DNA of 64,000 nucleotides from an uncultured Pseudanabaenaceae cyanobacterium (GTDB lineage Bacteria; Cyanobacteriota; Cyanobacteriia; PCC-9006; JAAUQQ01). A program made the translations under genes and the position numbers. Every line of letters starts with the position of its first letter. The stretch's first letter is position 1. Below are positions 10,177 to 19,687 of this stretch, piece after piece. The stretch lies in NCBI GenBank assembly GCA_938021205.1, contig CALIGI010000058.1, positions 13,169 to 77,168 on the forward strand, in the 5' to 3' direction. The notes under the pieces were generated by a model. That model was not told the origin of the DNA. It was given only the letters and a program-made list of their open reading frames with translations, and made no database searches.

Positions 10177-11004
10177 ATGGCTAGAACCACTGCCCTGCCG
10201 ATCCTTCAGGTGGATGCCTTTTGCGATCGCCCCTTTGGTGGTAACCCCGCTGCGGTTTGTGTTCTCCATGAGCCCAAGCCGGATAGCTGGATGCGCCACC
10301 TTGCTGCTGAGATGAACCTTTCGGAAACGGCCTTCGCGATCCATAAGGAAGACGGTTATCACCTGCGCTGGTTCACCCCCACCACCGAAGTAGATCTCTG
10401 CGGTCATGCCACTCTTGCCACAGCCTATGTGCTTTGGACCGAGGGCTACTTAGCGATTAATCAACCGGCAGAATTTATCACCCGAAGCGGTAAGCTTACA
10501 GCCCGATTTGATAATGATTGGATCGAGCTGGACTTTCCGATTGCCCCCAGTGTTGCCACAGAGGCTCCCGCAGGTCTGGGCGAAGCCCTAGGCTGCGATG
10601 TTAGCCAAGCCGAATACAACGCCACCTTGGATTACTGGTTGGTTGAGCTGGATAATGCTGCCGCAGTCAAACAATTGAAGCCGCTGTTTACACGTCTCAA
10701 GGGCATTATCCAGACGGGCATTATTGTCACCGCAGCTAGCGATAATGAAGACAATGATTTTGTTTCTCGATTCTTTGCGCCGGGGATGGGCATTGATGAG
10801 GACCCGGTCACAGGGTCAGCTCATTGCTGTCTCGGCCCCTACTGGAGCAAGCGGCTCAATAAAACAAAGCTACTGGGTTATCAGGCTTCCAAGCGGGGGG
10901 GCACGGTCAAGGTGGCGGTCAAGGGAGAACGAGTGAGTCTCTCAGGTAAGGCCATCACAGTCCTTAAAGGCGAATTGAACGCGGCAGCTTATCTGCTTGA
11001 TTAA
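10177..11004 (+). CDS. PhzF-family phenazine-biosynthesis-like isomerase.
   Basis: PFGGNPAAVC...LSETAF...RWFTP..EVDLCGHATLA and a C-terminal GSAHC motif, all typical of the PhzF/DAP-epimerase-like fold. Confidence 0.85.
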   Translation: MARTTALPILQVDAFCDRPFGGNPAAVCVLHEPKPDSWMRHLAAEMNLSETAFAIHKEDGYHLRWFTPTTEVDLCGHATLATAYVLWTEGYLAINQPAEFITRSGKLTARFDNDWIELDFPIAPSVATEAPAGLGEALGCDVSQAEYNATLDYWLVELDNAAAVKQLKPLFTRLKGIIQTGIIVTAASDNEDNDFVSRFFAPGMGIDEDPVTGSAHCCLGPYWSKRLNKTKLLGYQASKRGGTVKVAVKGERVSLSGKAITVLKGELNAAAYLLD

Positions 11005-11034
11005 TCACGTCATTAATTTGAGGGTTGAAATTAA

Positions 11035-11075
11035 AGAAGCCCCTGCCATCAACATGATGGCAGAGGCTTCTTTGT
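11035..11075. terminator. Bidirectional intrinsic terminator between the convergent PhzF-family gene and aqpZ.
   Basis: Hairpin gaagcccctgccatc-aacat-gatggcagaggcttc with T-rich flanks on both strands. Confidence 0.6.
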
Positions 11076-11242
11076 GTCGTCTTGGAGCAGGCAAACCCGA
11101 AAATCTCTCTAGAGCCTGCTAGTCAAGACATAGGTCGATTTTACAAGGCCCTATCTTCCACATTCCTGGGAAACGCTAAGTTCAACTGCATCAGACGTGG
11201 GGGTGAACTTCACAGGGGGGGATGTTTTTTGTGACAAAGACT

Positions 11243-11998
11243 CTAGTCGGAGAGCTTTTCGCGCATGGAGGGAGCAGATTCTCCAGCTTCCGTAAAGAAT
11301 AGGTTATAGAAGAAGCCAGCCGCGATCGCCCCCGCAATGGGCGCAAGCCAAAATAACCAAACCTGACTAAATAGCTCTGCCCCAGCAAAAATTGCTACAC
11401 CAGTACTCCTCGCAGGGTTCACAGAAGTGTTGGTGATGGGGATGCTGATCAAGTGAATGAGAGTCAAACAAAGACCAATGGCTACGGGAGCCATCCCTGC
11501 AGGGGCACGGGTATCTGTCGCGCCCAGAATCACCACCAGAAACACAAAGGTGAGAATCACCTCAGCAATCAAGCAGGCCAGCAAGCTGTAGCCCCCCGGA
11601 GAGTGAGCCCCAAAGCCATTGGTCGCGAGGGGATTAGAACCCGATAGCTCAAAACCTGGAGTACCACTGGCAATGCCGTAAATAATGCCACCGCCAATAA
11701 TTGCTCCGCCAACCTGAGATGCAATATAAGGCAACAGCTCAGAGGCGGGGAAACGATTACCTGCCCACAATCCAAAAGAGACTGCTGGATTGAGATGGCA
11801 CCCAGAGATGTGACCAATCGCATAGGCCATGGTTAACACCGTCAAACCAAAGGCTAACGAAACCCCCAAAAAACCCAATCCTAAGGTATTACTTTCGGCA
11901 TTGGGAAAATTAGCGGCAAATACAGCACTACCACATCCTCCAAACACGAGCCAAGCCGTTCCTAAACATTCTGCGATACATCGCTTCGTTAAATTCAT
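11243..11998 (-). CDS. aqpZ: Aquaporin Z (MIP family water channel).
   Basis: Two NPA boxes (HLNPAVSFG and NTSVNPARS) and six TM segments. Length of about 250 aa. Confidence 0.9.
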   Translation of the reverse strand: MNLTKRCIAECLGTAWLVFGGCGSAVFAANFPNAESNTLGLGFLGVSLAFGLTVLTMAYAIGHISGCHLNPAVSFGLWAGNRFPASELLPYIASQVGGAIIGGGIIYGIASGTPGFELSGSNPLATNGFGAHSPGGYSLLACLIAEVILTFVFLVVILGATDTRAPAGMAPVAIGLCLTLIHLISIPITNTSVNPARSTGVAIFAGAELFSQVWLFWLAPIAGAIAAGFFYNLFFTEAGESAPSMREKLSD

Positions 11999-12509
11999 TA
12001 GATCCCCTAAATCAAAAATGCCAAGAGTGACAAGTACTAAGATGGAAACAGTGCTAAAGCGAGCTCAAGTGACCCTGGTCAGCACGAAATAACGACATTA
12101 GTATTTTCTCTCTCATTGAAGTCAAACTGTTCCTATTTGAAATGTCGCTAGATGAGATTTCTCAATATGAAAGTGGGTCACAGGAATTTAAATCACTATG
12201 ATATATATTCTTTGTGGAAAGCACTTCAGCGATTTTAATGCAATTCAAAATTGCCTACAAATACTCCCCTGAGTAAAGTCTTGATCAGAGAAGATTGAGG
12301 CAGATGTTACACATCTTAGCGACTGTTGTTCAATTGTCATTCAGCCAATCTACGGAAAGAAAATATTCAAATTTCTGGAAAAGCCTAACTGGCAAACAGT
12401 TTGATGAAACTTAAGACCTGTGTCTCGTCGCTTCTATGTCTTTTCGGGGTACAAGCCCTATCTAAAAAGATGGGACTTAGCAGTGCTATAAAGTCAGAAT
12501 TATTCCGAC

Positions 12510-12887
12510 TCAATCAATGAGGCTATCAATTTTTGAATCATGCAAAGTTGGGGGGGTGACGATGCCGAAGTAGCTCAGTACTAGTAACTCACCCCCTGAG
12601 TTTCTGACTTCGTGGGATTCACCGGCTTCGACGACGATGCAGGCACCAGGAATAAGTGGGTGACGAGTCTGCTCTATCCAAATTTCACCGCAGCCTGACA
12701 AAACAAAGAAGACCTCATTCATGTCCGCATGGATATGGCTCTCTGCGACTTGACCGGGCTCAAAATAAGCCTGGGCAAAGTGGGTCAAATGGGGCAATGA
12801 GTCAGTGCGTAGTATTACCTTCTTCTGGATCGCGGTGTTGTGAGAAACCGTTTCATAGGGCAATGTCTGAAGCTGAATCTGTTGCAT
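12510..12887 (-). CDS. Cupin-domain protein.
   Basis: Small beta-barrel motifs G(X)5HxH...E (ESHIHADMNEVFFVLSG) and a second HEV motif. Length 125 aa. Confidence 0.6.
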   Translation of the reverse strand: MQQIQLQTLPYETVSHNTAIQKKVILRTDSLPHLTHFAQAYFEPGQVAESHIHADMNEVFFVLSGCGEIWIEQTRHPLIPGACIVVEAGESHEVRNSGGELLVLSYFGIVTPPTLHDSKIDSLID

Positions 12888-13485
12888 GGCAAGCTCACGA
12901 TCGCAAAAAGAAAACCCGCTCGGATTAGCGCCTCTTACAATAGTCAGGGCCTCTCATCAGGAGAAGTTGACCTTGCGTACCTGGATCGAGGATGACATCC
13001 TCTACCTCCATGCAGATGATGTGCCGAGCTATCAGAAAAAGGGCTCCATTGTCCGTAATAGCTTTTTTTGGGCACTGCGTTCTATCGCTGCCCAATCCCC
13101 CATGGGCAAAGTCTGGGAATTTGAAACGGCAGTCTGGTTTGCCCTCCAGCGAATGCTGACGAATTTCACAGATTCGGGGTATCTCGGCACCCGTGAGACC
13201 CAGCTCGAGTTTCGCGAAGATTTCGTGATCCCAAAACTCCTGCAAACCATCGCCACCTGGATTCCTGCAGCGGAGTTTGACTCCGAGGCTGAGCCCGAGC
13301 CATGTCAGTATTTTGATAATGATGGAGAGGAGGAGACTGAATCTGCTGGCGTTGCTCGGCTTCATCGGTCCAAGACCCAGAAGCGCAAAAAAAAATCATC
13401 GTTTCAGCGCAAAGCAAAGCAACGCCCAGAACCAGAGGAGCGCCCTGCCCCTCCCTATTCCAGCTATATCAAGAAGCGGCCCTAG
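12886..13485 (+). CDS. Hypothetical protein with a Lys/Arg-rich C-terminal tail. Its start overlaps the divergent cupin start by 2 nt, so the true start is probably internal.
   Basis: ORF only. Acidic segment followed by a KRKKKSSFQRKAKQR tail. Confidence 0.3.
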   Translation: MASSRSQKENPLGLAPLTIVRASHQEKLTLRTWIEDDILYLHADDVPSYQKKGSIVRNSFFWALRSIAAQSPMGKVWEFETAVWFALQRMLTNFTDSGYLGTRETQLEFREDFVIPKLLQTIATWIPAAEFDSEAEPEPCQYFDNDGEEETESAGVARLHRSKTQKRKKKSSFQRKAKQRPEPEERPAPPYSSYIKKRP

Positions 13486-13496
13486 CCTCCCTAGCC

Positions 13497-14873
13497 ATGG
13501 CAGACCTATCCTCCCGTTCTCAGCAAGATTCCGTATCTGAGAGGAATATCAATTCTGCGATGGTCGACTCTCCTAACTATGACCTCATCATTCGCAACGG
13601 TCGTCTGCTAGACCTGAGCCATCTCGGGAACAGTGAATCTAGTCCAGATGAGCAGAACTGCGATACTCGACCCGAGCTGACTGATATTGCCATTGGCGAT
13701 CGCCGCATCCTTGCCCTTGGTCCCAACCTGCCGGGTCATGCCCAGCAAATCATCGATGCCCAGGGCCATCTCGTCGGTCCACCTTTCGTGGAATCTCACA
13801 TTCACCTCGACTCCGTGCTCACTGCTGGTGAGCCCCGCTGGAACCAGAGCGGCACTCTATTTGAAGGCATTGAGATTTGGGGCGATCGCAAGCGAGCCCT
13901 CACCACCGCTGATGTTAAAGCTAGAGCCCTAGCTGCCCTCAAGCTCCAGGCGAGTCATGGAGTCCTCCATGTACGCAGTCATGTGGATGTCAGCGAGCCT
14001 CAGCTGATCGCACTCCAAGCTTTGCTGGAACTTCGAGAAGAAGTCCGCCCTTGGCTCAATCTTCAACTTGTCGCCTTTCCCCAGGACGGATTGTACGGTG
14101 CCCCCCGAAATGCCGAGCTTTTGGAAGAAGCTCTCAAGCTTGGAGCGGATGTGGTGGGTGGCATTCCCCACTACGAATTTACTCGTGAAGACGGTGTGCG
14201 CTCAGTCCATTACCTCTTTGACTTGGCCACACAATACGATCGCCCCCTAGACTTCCACTGCGACGAAATTGATGATCCCCAATCTCGATTTCTTGAAGTG
14301 GTTGCCGCCTGTGCATTGCGTCGAGACATGGGCGATCGCACTACCGCCAGCCACACCACTGCCTTCGCGAGCTATGACAACAGCTATGCCACCAAGCTCA
14401 TGGGTCTACTGCGTCGTGCCCAGCTTAATTTCGTCGCCAATCCCCTGATTAATATCACCCTTCAAGGCCGGGGGGATAGCTATCCCAAACGGCGGGGGAT
14501 CACCCGAGTGAAAGAGCTGTGGCGAGCTGGTCTCAACGTCAGCCTAGGCCATGACTGTATTCAAGATCCCTGGTATGGCCTAGGCAATGGCAATCCATTG
14601 GACGTTGCCCATATGGCAATCCATTGTTGCCAGATGACGGGACAGCGTGAGATCGCAGCCTGCTATGCCATGGTGACGAAAAATGGCGCTCAAACCCTGG
14701 GAATCGACCCGGCCGACTATGGAGTGGCTGTGGGAAAACCGGCAAATCTCGTTGTTCTGGCAGGCCAAACTTTGCGAGATCTCATTAGCCATCGAGGGAT
14801 TGTCACGACTGTGGTGAGCCAGGGGCAATATCTTGCCCAAACCTCCTTACCCACCACTCAGTGGCAGCCATAA
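13497..14873 (+). CDS. codA: Cytosine deaminase.
   Basis: Near-collinear with E. coli CodA as I remember it: PPFVESHIHLD...WNQSGTLFEGIE...VDVS...LVAFPQ...DEIDDPQSRF...ASHTTA...NFVANPL...YPKRRGITRVKE...GHD...DPWY. Confidence 0.9.
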   Translation: MADLSSRSQQDSVSERNINSAMVDSPNYDLIIRNGRLLDLSHLGNSESSPDEQNCDTRPELTDIAIGDRRILALGPNLPGHAQQIIDAQGHLVGPPFVESHIHLDSVLTAGEPRWNQSGTLFEGIEIWGDRKRALTTADVKARALAALKLQASHGVLHVRSHVDVSEPQLIALQALLELREEVRPWLNLQLVAFPQDGLYGAPRNAELLEEALKLGADVVGGIPHYEFTREDGVRSVHYLFDLATQYDRPLDFHCDEIDDPQSRFLEVVAACALRRDMGDRTTASHTTAFASYDNSYATKLMGLLRRAQLNFVANPLINITLQGRGDSYPKRRGITRVKELWRAGLNVSLGHDCIQDPWYGLGNGNPLDVAHMAIHCCQMTGQREIAACYAMVTKNGAQTLGIDPADYGVAVGKPANLVVLAGQTLRDLISHRGIVTTVVSQGQYLAQTSLPTTQWQP

Positions 14874-15579
14874 TCACTCATTCCAGAAACCTGTGGGGCC
14901 TCGTCGTTGAGAATAAATCCATCGCTGCGATCCGCTTGTCTGGGAGCTTTGCTGGTTTTTAAATTTGGAGACAGCAGTCGATTATGGTTATTGCAATGTT
15001 CTGAAACTATGAAGCTGTTGGCAAAATACTCCTCTCCATAGAGCGCTGTTTGGCCAACGTGACGAGCCAATAACCGGTCTCAGCCCCCATTGCACCGCGC
15101 CTGTGTTGAACTCCCACCCCTAAATCTAAAGATTGTCTGTAACAAAGTTTTCTTTCCAATAAATAAGTTGTACGATTTATATAGAGTCTTGCCGCTTCGA
15201 TACATAATCTACCAATGCCTCCCACATTCATGGTTCCATCGGCTTCAAGCCGCTACAAGCCATGCTTTGGTAGTTTCGAAGCATTATTCCGGCAAGTCAG
15301 GTTGTTCTGACTCGTCGGATTCCTGGGCGTATAAACTGTGAAATGGCGATCTTCGGAGCTTGGCCTAGCCATTGCTCTGTTTGCTTATTATCTCTGTTTG
15401 CCTTGTGATACTTAGCTGGCATTGGAAAGAAAGGTAAATGTCTCGCGAATTCTCCAAGGGGTAGCCGTAAATCGAGTGTGTTATTACTCACTCGATTCCC
15501 TTGGATGTGACGGATTCGATTGAGACCCACCCGTCTAAATGAAAGGGTTGAAACCTGAGTTGGCTTCACCGCGTCATAG

Positions 15580-15613
15580 CTGTTAAGACTCTTCCAACTG
15601 TCTTAACAGTTTT
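15580..15613 (+). terminator. Intrinsic terminator or attenuator hairpin 75 bp upstream of the 15689 CDS.
   Basis: Hairpin ctgttaagac-tcttccaact-gtcttaacag followed by tttt. Confidence 0.45.
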
Positions 15614-15688
15614 GGGATGTCATAAAATCCGACATTTGGCTGTCACGTCAATGACCTGCGATATGTAAGGATTATTTTTAGACACCCT

Positions 15689-16720
15689 TTGTTTGTACTG
15701 TTCAATTGTCCTACTACTCAGGGTGTTGGGATGAGTATCCAGTCTGAGCAATTTGCCAAAAACGGATTGAAAAAGCTTCTGTTCGTCGCAGGGAGTGGTC
15801 TGCTCGCTGTGTCAGCGGCGGCGGCCCTTACCTACGGCTATCTTCAGGGTAAAGCCTATCGTCAAGAGCGCTCCCAATGGGTTGCACTCCAGGGTCTGGC
15901 GGCATTAGAGGATTATGAGGCTTGTCGTAGCCAAGGGAATGCCCTCCCTTCCCAGTCTCGCTTTTACAGCGAGGCCCAGACTTTGGTGCAGCAGTGCAGT
16001 ATGGGTCTTGCTCGTCAGCAAGCTAATGACCAGGAGCTTTCTCAAGCCATTACTACGGCTCTCTCTATCACCACACCCGATGGGCAGCTACAAAATGAAG
16101 CTCAGGCCCTTGTGACCCAATGGTCAGGCCAAATTGTGAAGCAGGGGGAACAGCTTCTGCAAGGGGGGGACTTAGACCAGGCCATTGCTGTCTTACGAGA
16201 GCTCCCTCCAGAATCCCCAACGATGAGTTCTATTGAAGCGACGATTCAGGGCTGGCAAAAGCAATGGAGTCAGAGTGAAGCTGCCATTCAAGGCGCTAGT
16301 AATTTATTAGAAAAGGGCCAGTGGTTGGCTGCTAAAGGGCAGCTAGAGAGCGTTGCTTCCATTGCGCACTGGCAACAGAAGAAAAAGCCGCTCTTAGAAC
16401 GAGCGGAAGCTGGAATCGCCGAGGTGGCTCGTTATGAAGCTGAGCAGGCTAGGCAGAAGGCGATCGCTGCTGCCCCCCGTTATAACTACCAGCCTCCTAG
16501 GCAAGGTAGACCGGCATCTGCTCCTGCTCAGCCTCCTGTCACGGCCTATGTTCCACCTGCGGCTGTACCCAGTCTCAGTAGCTTTGACCTCCAGGTAGAA
16601 AGCCTTTACAGAAGCTATGTTGCCCAGGGGCAAAATAGCTGGGATGCTTGGATTCAAGCCTGTCAAGCCTCCGGTGGCTATGTCATAGACCAAGGGCCCC
16701 AGTCTGGCTGTCAGCCTTAG
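15689..16720 (+). CDS. Hypothetical membrane-anchored Gln/Ala-rich repeat protein. The start is probably the internal MSIQ at 15731.
   Basis: N-terminal TM (LLFVAGSGLLAVSAAAAL). Recurring segments of about 40 aa with QxW/QxLxxG periodicity. Pro-rich linker. Confidence 0.45.
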   Translation: MFVLFNCPTTQGVGMSIQSEQFAKNGLKKLLFVAGSGLLAVSAAAALTYGYLQGKAYRQERSQWVALQGLAALEDYEACRSQGNALPSQSRFYSEAQTLVQQCSMGLARQQANDQELSQAITTALSITTPDGQLQNEAQALVTQWSGQIVKQGEQLLQGGDLDQAIAVLRELPPESPTMSSIEATIQGWQKQWSQSEAAIQGASNLLEKGQWLAAKGQLESVASIAHWQQKKKPLLERAEAGIAEVARYEAEQARQKAIAAAPRYNYQPPRQGRPASAPAQPPVTAYVPPAAVPSLSSFDLQVESLYRSYVAQGQNSWDAWIQACQASGGYVIDQGPQSGCQP

Positions 16721-16939
16721 AGCCGAAGATTGACTTAGTCTAGGGCGAACTTACAGCTATTCCCACAAACGTTGATTCTTGTGCTTACAACAAAGCCTAC
16801 GCAGAAGCTTCTGCGTAGGCTTTGTTGACTTATGACGTGGTTATATCCGTCGCCTCATGGGGTAGTAATAAGGTTGGGCAATCTAGAGCACCGTCTGCCA
16901 TCTCTAAGTTTGAGCATTGATGGATGTATTGCATCCAGC

Positions 16940-18250
16940 CTAGATGTCTAATCGATTAAAAATCGTATCTAGGTTGCGAAGATGGTGCTGGGCTTCAAAG
17001 CAACCCTCAAGCTCCTCGCTAGAGAGTGTTGAAGTGACATCAGCATCCTGCTTGAGTAAGCCTTTAAAGTCTCCCCCTTCCTTGTTCCAAGCCTCATGGG
17101 CACAGCGTTGAACAATGCGATAGGCATCTTCACGGGCCATCCCTTTTTCCACCATTGTCAGCATCACTCGCTGACTGAAAACCACACCGCCGTAGCAGTT
17201 TAGGTTGCGTAGCATGTTGTCGGGATAGACCAAGAGGTTCTTCACTAGCTTGGTATATTCCGTCAGCATGAAGTGGGTGGTGGCTGAAATGTCCGGCAGC
17301 ATCATCCGCTCGACGGAGCTGTGAGAAATATCCCGCTCATGCCATAGGGCAATGTTTTCCAAGGCTGCGATGCTGTAGCCTCGCACCACTCGAGCCATGC
17401 CACTGATGCGCTCCGATTTAATCGGATTGCGTTTGTGGGGCATGGCAGAAGAGCCTTTCTGCTTTTTGGAGAAGAACTCTTCCACTTCCAGGACGTCGGT
17501 ACGCTGGAGGTTGCGAATTTCAACGGCAAAGCGCTCTAGAGAGGCTGTGACAATGGCTAGAGCACTCACATAGTCCGCATGGCGATCGCGGGAAACCACC
17601 TGGGTGGAAGCAGTATCTGGCACCAGACCTAACAGTTCACAGGTCTTTGCTTCGACCTGGGGATCAATGTTGGCGTAGGTTCCTACAGCTCCGGAAATTT
17701 TACCGACTGCGACTTGCTTGCGAGCCTGAACCAGACGATCGCGGCCCCGCAACAGCTCTGCTAACCAGCCCGCTAATTTAAACCCAAAGGTAATAGGCTC
17801 AGCATGGATGCCGTGGGAACGACCTGCCATGACAGTGTATTTATGCTCTCGGGCGCGCTCACGAGTAACGGCGATCGCCTCATCTAGCTGCTCTAGCAAT
17901 ACATCGGCACTGGCGGTAATTTGCAATGCTAGGGCTGTGTCCAGCATGTCTGAGCTGGTCATGCCCAAGTGGATGTAACGACCCGCATCGCCCACGTACT
18001 CATTCACATTCGTTAAGAATGCGATGACATCATGTTTTACCTCCGCCTCGATCTCCAGGACCCGCTTGGGGTCAAACTTGGCCTTTGCCTTAATTTCTTC
18101 AACGGCGTCTTTGGGGATATAGCCCAGCTCCGCTTGAGCTTCGCAGACTGCAATTTCTACCTGGAGCCAGGTTTGCAGCTTATATTGATCAGTCCAGAGA
18201 TCGCCCATGGCGGGCAGGGTATAGCGCTCAATCAAAGTCCGTGGGGGCAA
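16940..18250 (-). CDS. purB: Adenylosuccinate lyase.
   Basis: N-terminus RYTLPAMGDLWTDQYKLQTWLQVE. Fumarate-lyase signature GSSAMPHKRNP. Length of about 436 aa. Confidence 0.95.
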   Translation of the reverse strand: MPPRTLIERYTLPAMGDLWTDQYKLQTWLQVEIAVCEAQAELGYIPKDAVEEIKAKAKFDPKRVLEIEAEVKHDVIAFLTNVNEYVGDAGRYIHLGMTSSDMLDTALALQITASADVLLEQLDEAIAVTRERAREHKYTVMAGRSHGIHAEPITFGFKLAGWLAELLRGRDRLVQARKQVAVGKISGAVGTYANIDPQVEAKTCELLGLVPDTASTQVVSRDRHADYVSALAIVTASLERFAVEIRNLQRTDVLEVEEFFSKKQKGSSAMPHKRNPIKSERISGMARVVRGYSIAALENIALWHERDISHSSVERMMLPDISATTHFMLTEYTKLVKNLLVYPDNMLRNLNCYGGVVFSQRVMLTMVEKGMAREDAYRIVQRCAHEAWNKEGGDFKGLLKQDADVTSTLSSEELEGCFEAQHHLRNLDTIFNRLDI

Positions 18251-18384
18251 TACAACCTTTCTATTTTACTGCTAAGCTCCCCGTTCACTCCTTGGTATTG
18301 TTCGTTGCTCGTGCTACCAGTGGTTTGTTTTGCTCCTTCCGCTCATAAATTGCGATCGCTTTCGACAGAAAACCAGATTACCAA

Positions 18385-18416
18385 AAGGGATGGACTCATT
18401 GAGCCCATCCCTTTTT
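18385..18416 (-). terminator. Intrinsic terminator downstream of petE.
   Basis: Hairpin aagggatgg-actcattgagc-ccatccctt with a T-run on both strands. Confidence 0.55.
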
Positions 18417-18469
18417 CTTAAACCGTTAGATTAGGCAACACCAAAGGCATTAACCTCAGCAGCACCAAA

Positions 18470-18865
18470 CTAGTTGACGGTGATGCTACCCACCATGCCA
18501 GCGCCACGGTGAGGCTCGCAGTAGAAGGTGTATTCGCCAGGAGTCTCGAAGGTTGCAGAGAAGGTCTCACCAGGGCTGAAGGCCAAGGCTTTGTGGCTTA
18601 GCTTTTCAGCATCTTCGCCAGCGGGTGCCTTCTCAAAAACAACGTTATGGGGAGCAAGCTTGTTGTTTTCCCACTTCACGGTGTCACCAGCGCTGATTTC
18701 AACCTTATTGGGCTGGAATGCCAGCATTCCGTTATCTGCACCCATTTTGATGGTTGCTTCATCTGCCATTGCGGGGCTCGCGGACAGAAATAAAGGGCTG
18801 AGAATCAGCATCGCTGCGGGGACCAAAAGCGCAATGCGCTTCAAAGCTTTGGCAAAAAAGTTCAT
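18470..18865 (-). CDS. petE: Plastocyanin precursor.
   Basis: Signal peptide, then a type-1 copper fold with ligands H..C..H..M ([20 protein letters not shown]). Confidence 0.95.
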   Translation of the reverse strand: MNFFAKALKRIALLVPAAMLILSPLFLSASPAMADEATIKMGADNGMLAFQPNKVEISAGDTVKWENNKLAPHNVVFEKAPAGEDAEKLSHKALAFSPGETFSATFETPGEYTFYCEPHRGAGMVGSITVN

Positions 18866-19687
18866 GAGTATTCCTGCAAAAATAGACGGCTTGTCAAATC
18901 ACCCTACTATTCTACGCATTTTCTGGACGGGTGAAACAACCGGGAAACCCGAAAAAAAGGAACGGTTTTCGGAACCCCGAGGTAGAAACCCTGACTTACC
19001 CACAAAGCTCGAACGTTCCCAAGCACCCTCGGAAGCTTTATGGAGCAGCCTGTAAATTCAAAGTATGGGTGAGGTTGGCGCGGCGACTGCGGTTGTGATC
19101 TAGATAACTGGATTAAAGGGAATATGATATATAGATCAATCTTCTCTGTTCTAAGCCTTTCTACTGAATAAGTAGATTGGTCTCTTTCGCAAGTAACGTC
19201 CTTAGAGTTAATGTCCTGAGGGTTTATAGGCTAGGAGAGGTTTTGGGCAAACTGAGAAAGTCACATTCCTTAATAGGAACGGGCGATAGCAGTTGCTCTT
19301 CTGTGAGTAGCTGTTCACATAATCTGAGGGAGATTCAGCTAATTCAGTCTCTGAGGAATCTCTTTGCTGCAGAAAAGCTCATGAGCAATCACAATCGCGG
19401 AATATTGGCGGCTAACCTGCTTAAAACTATCAAAATCTCTAATATTAAAGATGATTGAATCTTTACTTACTGGTTACAAACTCAATGGCTTCTGCTAACT
19501 TCTTTTTGTAATATTACGAAATGTGATTGACGCTCCAAGCTGACTCCCAACGATTAAAGTTTCTGCGCTGAGTTCTTGAAATCCGTCAGTCTCCCTTGCC
19601 GTTAGAACTCGACAGAGTCGCCCATGCCACCCTCTTCAAATTTCATGGGGGCAGGCTTATTCCTATTGCTTAGAACGGTCATACTCT

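Noticed and set aside
19177-19458. 93-aa ORF in the AT-rich petE upstream region.
   Set aside because: Low-complexity, Ser/Leu/Asn-rich product in the most AT-rich tract of the window. Likely non-coding promoter DNA.
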